From IMG/VR virus record IMGVR_UViG_3300012952_000110, positions 1 to 26,650 of that record: a stretch of 26,650 nucleotides of DNA, one strand, 5' to 3'. Positions 25,701 to 26,650 of the stretch are shown one piece after another (the stretch's first letter is position 1; each line of letters starts with the position of its first letter). Origin of the DNA: a virus. Taxonomy: Duplodnaviria > Caudoviricetes. Below the pieces are notes generated by a model. It did not search any database. It worked only from the letters and a program-made list of their open reading frames with translations, and was not told the origin of the DNA. Position numbers and translations under genes: made by a program.

Positions 25701-26650
25701 GGAGCAACAATCACTGCAGGTGGATCTGGATATCAAGTCGGAGACGTTCTTGGTATTACCACCATCGGTATTGCATCGATGGGTAGAAATGTCAGATTGA
25801 CTGTTGCTGGAATTGGAATCACTAATGAACTTATTCTCAATAATGTTCAGGGCGAATTTGTTGTTGGTGCTGCTAAGAGTCTTGGATACTTTACAAGTGC
25901 AGGTGCAGCTACAACGTTGAATAATGATCTTCCAGGAGCACCTGGAGGAGATGTTCAGATTTCTTCCGTGAATATTGATAATGACGGTCTCCACTTTACC
26001 GTAGACCACAAGAACCATGGAATGTATTTCTCTGATAACCAGGTGAAGATTTCTGGTGTTCGTAGTAATGTTAAACCAACCACTCTTTCTGTTGAACTTC
26101 CTGCAGGTTCTACAGATGGAATCGCTGTTTCAGCAGCATCTTCATTTACAACATTTGAAAATGTTGGAGTTGGAACAACTAATGTAGGTTATCTGCAGAT
26201 TGGTGATGAAATCATTACCTACACTCAAGTTACCGGAAACACCATTAGTGGAACCATCACTAGAGGAACTGAACCTAGAACATATCCTGCTGGCACTCCA
26301 GTTCACAAATATGAACTTGGTGGTGTTAACTTACAGAGAATTAATAGAACCCATGACTTGAGTGATGTTACGCAAGCAGATCCATTTACGTTTGACTCTT
26401 ATAAAGTCAAACTGGACATGAGCAGCACCACTGGAACTAACAGAAGTACCGATGTTGGACATCCCAAACTTTATATGGGAACCACGAAATCTACTGGTGG
26501 ATTTGGTGTGAAAGCCACACAAAATATGCCTTTTGAGATTATCACTCCAAACGTTCAAAACCTCACTGTTTCTGGCACATCTATTTCTGCTGAAGTTAGA
26601 ACTGTTTCGAGTAAGAGTTTCAGTGGAAATGAAATTCCTTATGTTGATAA
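19779..26650 (+). CDS. VrlC-like / DUF4815-domain large virion structural protein, 3'-truncated (>2290 aa)
   Basis: Starts MPQQTNLNVAPYFDDFD...YHKVLFKPGYPVQARELTTLQSILQNQIE.FG. Contains APGADRL, PGKAYVKGYEI, RYQMRDIKKLEDRIKSLEYYTTLSLLE, RFKSGFFVDNF, DPLAQSF and GSLFKSQNASTW. The frame is still sense at the window end (..GNEIPYVD), and the ORF track lists no terminated ORF in this frame. Confidence 0.88.
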   Translation, partial: MPQQTNLNVAPYFDDFDAANDYHKVLFKPGYPVQARELTTLQSILQNQIEKFGQHFFKEGAKVIPGNIGYSQLYYCVQLENTYQGVPVSAYADQLVGTKITGQTSGVTAFVDSVLLPEDSERGNLTLYINYLTSSTANNSTQTFFDGEVLTSNEVVTSGLLGNTTIAAGSPLASTLTNAASATGSSFQIENGIYFIRGNFVNVDRENLLLDQYGTTPSYRIGLFVNEEIVNADLDETLNDNSQGFNNYAAPGADRLRISTSLFKKPVDDFNDDNFILLATVINGVLQAAPPVKGNLGGGPGYLDIRDMMARRTFDESGHYFVKPFDITVVNSLNDGLGNGGIFETGQFTPSGTTPTDDLALYKVAPGKAYVKGYEIETLNAKYLDVDKPRTTKTIENQNIVYNTGPTLKINRVFRSPTVGFGTYVVSLRDQRVGSNQQTAPGNEIGVARIYDFKLESGSYDAANGNINEWNLALYDVQTNVEIAINQSTTLSVPTFVKGVNSGATGFLRHAVSAGTAVTVYETEGSFIPFEKLIFNGIEDGRVAVAITEHGIADVKSVYGMDGYEGTPTTVGINTFSADVIQSTKFSAGIATVSALSGGISTITAKNAAFPGTLVKENDLIEYTDTTAGLRNDPIFARVVGVATTTITVAAVTDVVGVASAFLPAATLDVTDLKVLKTDLASVSDASLYTPLAKGNVSNVDISEATLVIRKTFSVDIASNQLSAQVTAGTNETFLQFDEERYLLTRSDGSTEVLTADKFDIGSDGKTLQIRNLGTNDTGATLIATLNKTSPKAKVKIKNRVNSIIVDKSKLAGSGIGSTTLNNGLTYGNYPFGTRVEDEVISLNFPDIIEIHGIYESADTSAASAPNMTLQSINSASTTTTELLVGEQIVGQTSGARAIVSEKLNDSTITFISKTETVFVEGETIEAQESNIGAVIASIGSPSFNVSSNYTFRTGQEETFYDHGRLRRKKDKSSPAKQLKIYFSSASFDTTDTGDVVTVNSYNNFDYGNEIGHVDIYRNSDIIDIRPRVAEYTVAADVRSPLEFFGRSFETSGQTAANTLASDEAIIMDYSYYQGRIDRVYLSKDGRFQIIYGTPSDSPQRPEPINDAIEICTVTLPPYLYRPEQAKLAFLDYKRYQMRDIKKLEDRIKSLEYYTTLSLLEKETANFFIPDAEGLNRFKSGFFVDNFNDFSAQEDHIDVNNAIDRKYNELRPRHYTNSVDMIYGPVVDTDATDDINFAAIEGNNIRKQNDIVTLDYSEVEYISQTFATRTESVTPFLISFWNGTLELTPATDNWVDTTRLEAKIIETEGNYAETFNNLAENGTIDPQTGFGPIVWDSWETNWTGVEVVETTQERVINGGPSTVHVSLNGHWRYYAGSTTRQVTDQVIEDRFRTTREFGTQSRSGVRTIVTEQFDETSVGDRVVSRDLIQFMRSRNLEFVSKRVKPLTRLYAFFDGVDISKYCVPKLLEISMTSGTFQIGETVVGEMLRTGLAETLRPDTTPSIRFRVAQSNHREGPYDSPTKTYPQNPYSNIDLAATYSSTSTILNVDTASLSSEARGDFFGYVEEGMVLRGRTSGALATVTNVRLVSDLSATLIGSYFIPDGNNVNHPRFECGTKTFTLTNDIDNNQDDATTIAEEAFSATGTLETVQENIISVRNARVELKNEFQSRNVNRDLGTELVESEVIGSRTRTQTIHSWYDPLAQSFLVEDETGVFLTSCDVFFRSKDDMDIPVVFQLRTMVNGSPSPRVLPFSEIVLDPDEVLTSSDGSIATNIQFKAPVYLEGGIEYAICLASNSTKYSVYISRVGENDLLTDTFISNQPYLGSLFKSQNASTWEPSQWEDLKFTLYRADFIENGSVEFYSPELTEGNRQIPNLLPDPISLNSRQIRVGLGTTVADSGYEIGNTFYQLGTNATGDLVGTAGSATGNLSITNAGLGLTPADGSFTFAGVNLVTITGNGRGATAEVSVKDGSIVASGATITAGGSGYQVGDVLGITTIGIASMGRNVRLTVAGIGITNELILNNVQGEFVVGAAKSLGYFTSAGAATTLNNDLPGAPGGDVQISSVNIDNDGLHFTVDHKNHGMYFSDNQVKISGVRSNVKPTTLSVELPAGSTDGIAVSAASSFTTFENVGVGTTNVGYLQIGDEIITYTQVTGNTISGTITRGTEPRTYPAGTPVHKYELGGVNLQRINRTHDLSDVTQADPFTFDSYKVKLDMSSTTGTNRSTDVGHPKLYMGTTKSTGGFGVKATQNMPFEIITPNVQNLTVSGTSISAEVRTVSSKSFSGNEIPYVD

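Noticed and set aside
5177-26650. Intein, intron, homing endonuclease or diversity-generating retroelement explaining the giant ORFs
   Set aside because: I saw no intein splice motifs, LAGLIDADG/HNH/GIY-YIG motifs, reverse transcriptase, or near-identical DNA repeat pair differing at adenines. The repeats are old and visible only at protein level.
19773-26650. Apparent 6.9-kb gene-poor region in the ORF track
   Set aside because: Artefact. A single ORF from 19779 has no stop inside the window and so was not reported.

Overview
AT-rich window from a T4-like myovirus, most likely a marine cyanophage (Kyanoviridae-type). All supported genes are on the + strand. Bases 1-2640 hold small hypothetical ORFs, a GT-A (family 2-like) glycosyltransferase and three near-consensus sigma70-type promoters. 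They also hold a non-coding stretch (274-513) with phased CAGTG repeats and dyads. From about 1690 onward, T4-type late promoter motifs (NATAAATA) precede the baseplate module: gp25, gp6, a 4336-aa gp7-like protein, gp8, and a VrlC/DUF4815-like structural protein that runs off the end of the window. That last gene and three small ORFs (97-273, 1562-1696, 2444-2605) are absent from the supplied ORF track. I found no tRNA, rRNA, CRISPR array, intron, intein or mobile element. The most unusual signals are the patterned non-coding region near the start, the nested domain architecture of the gp7-like protein, and a glycosyltransferase next to Ser/Thr-rich virion proteins. All family calls come from motif recognition by eye, not database searches.
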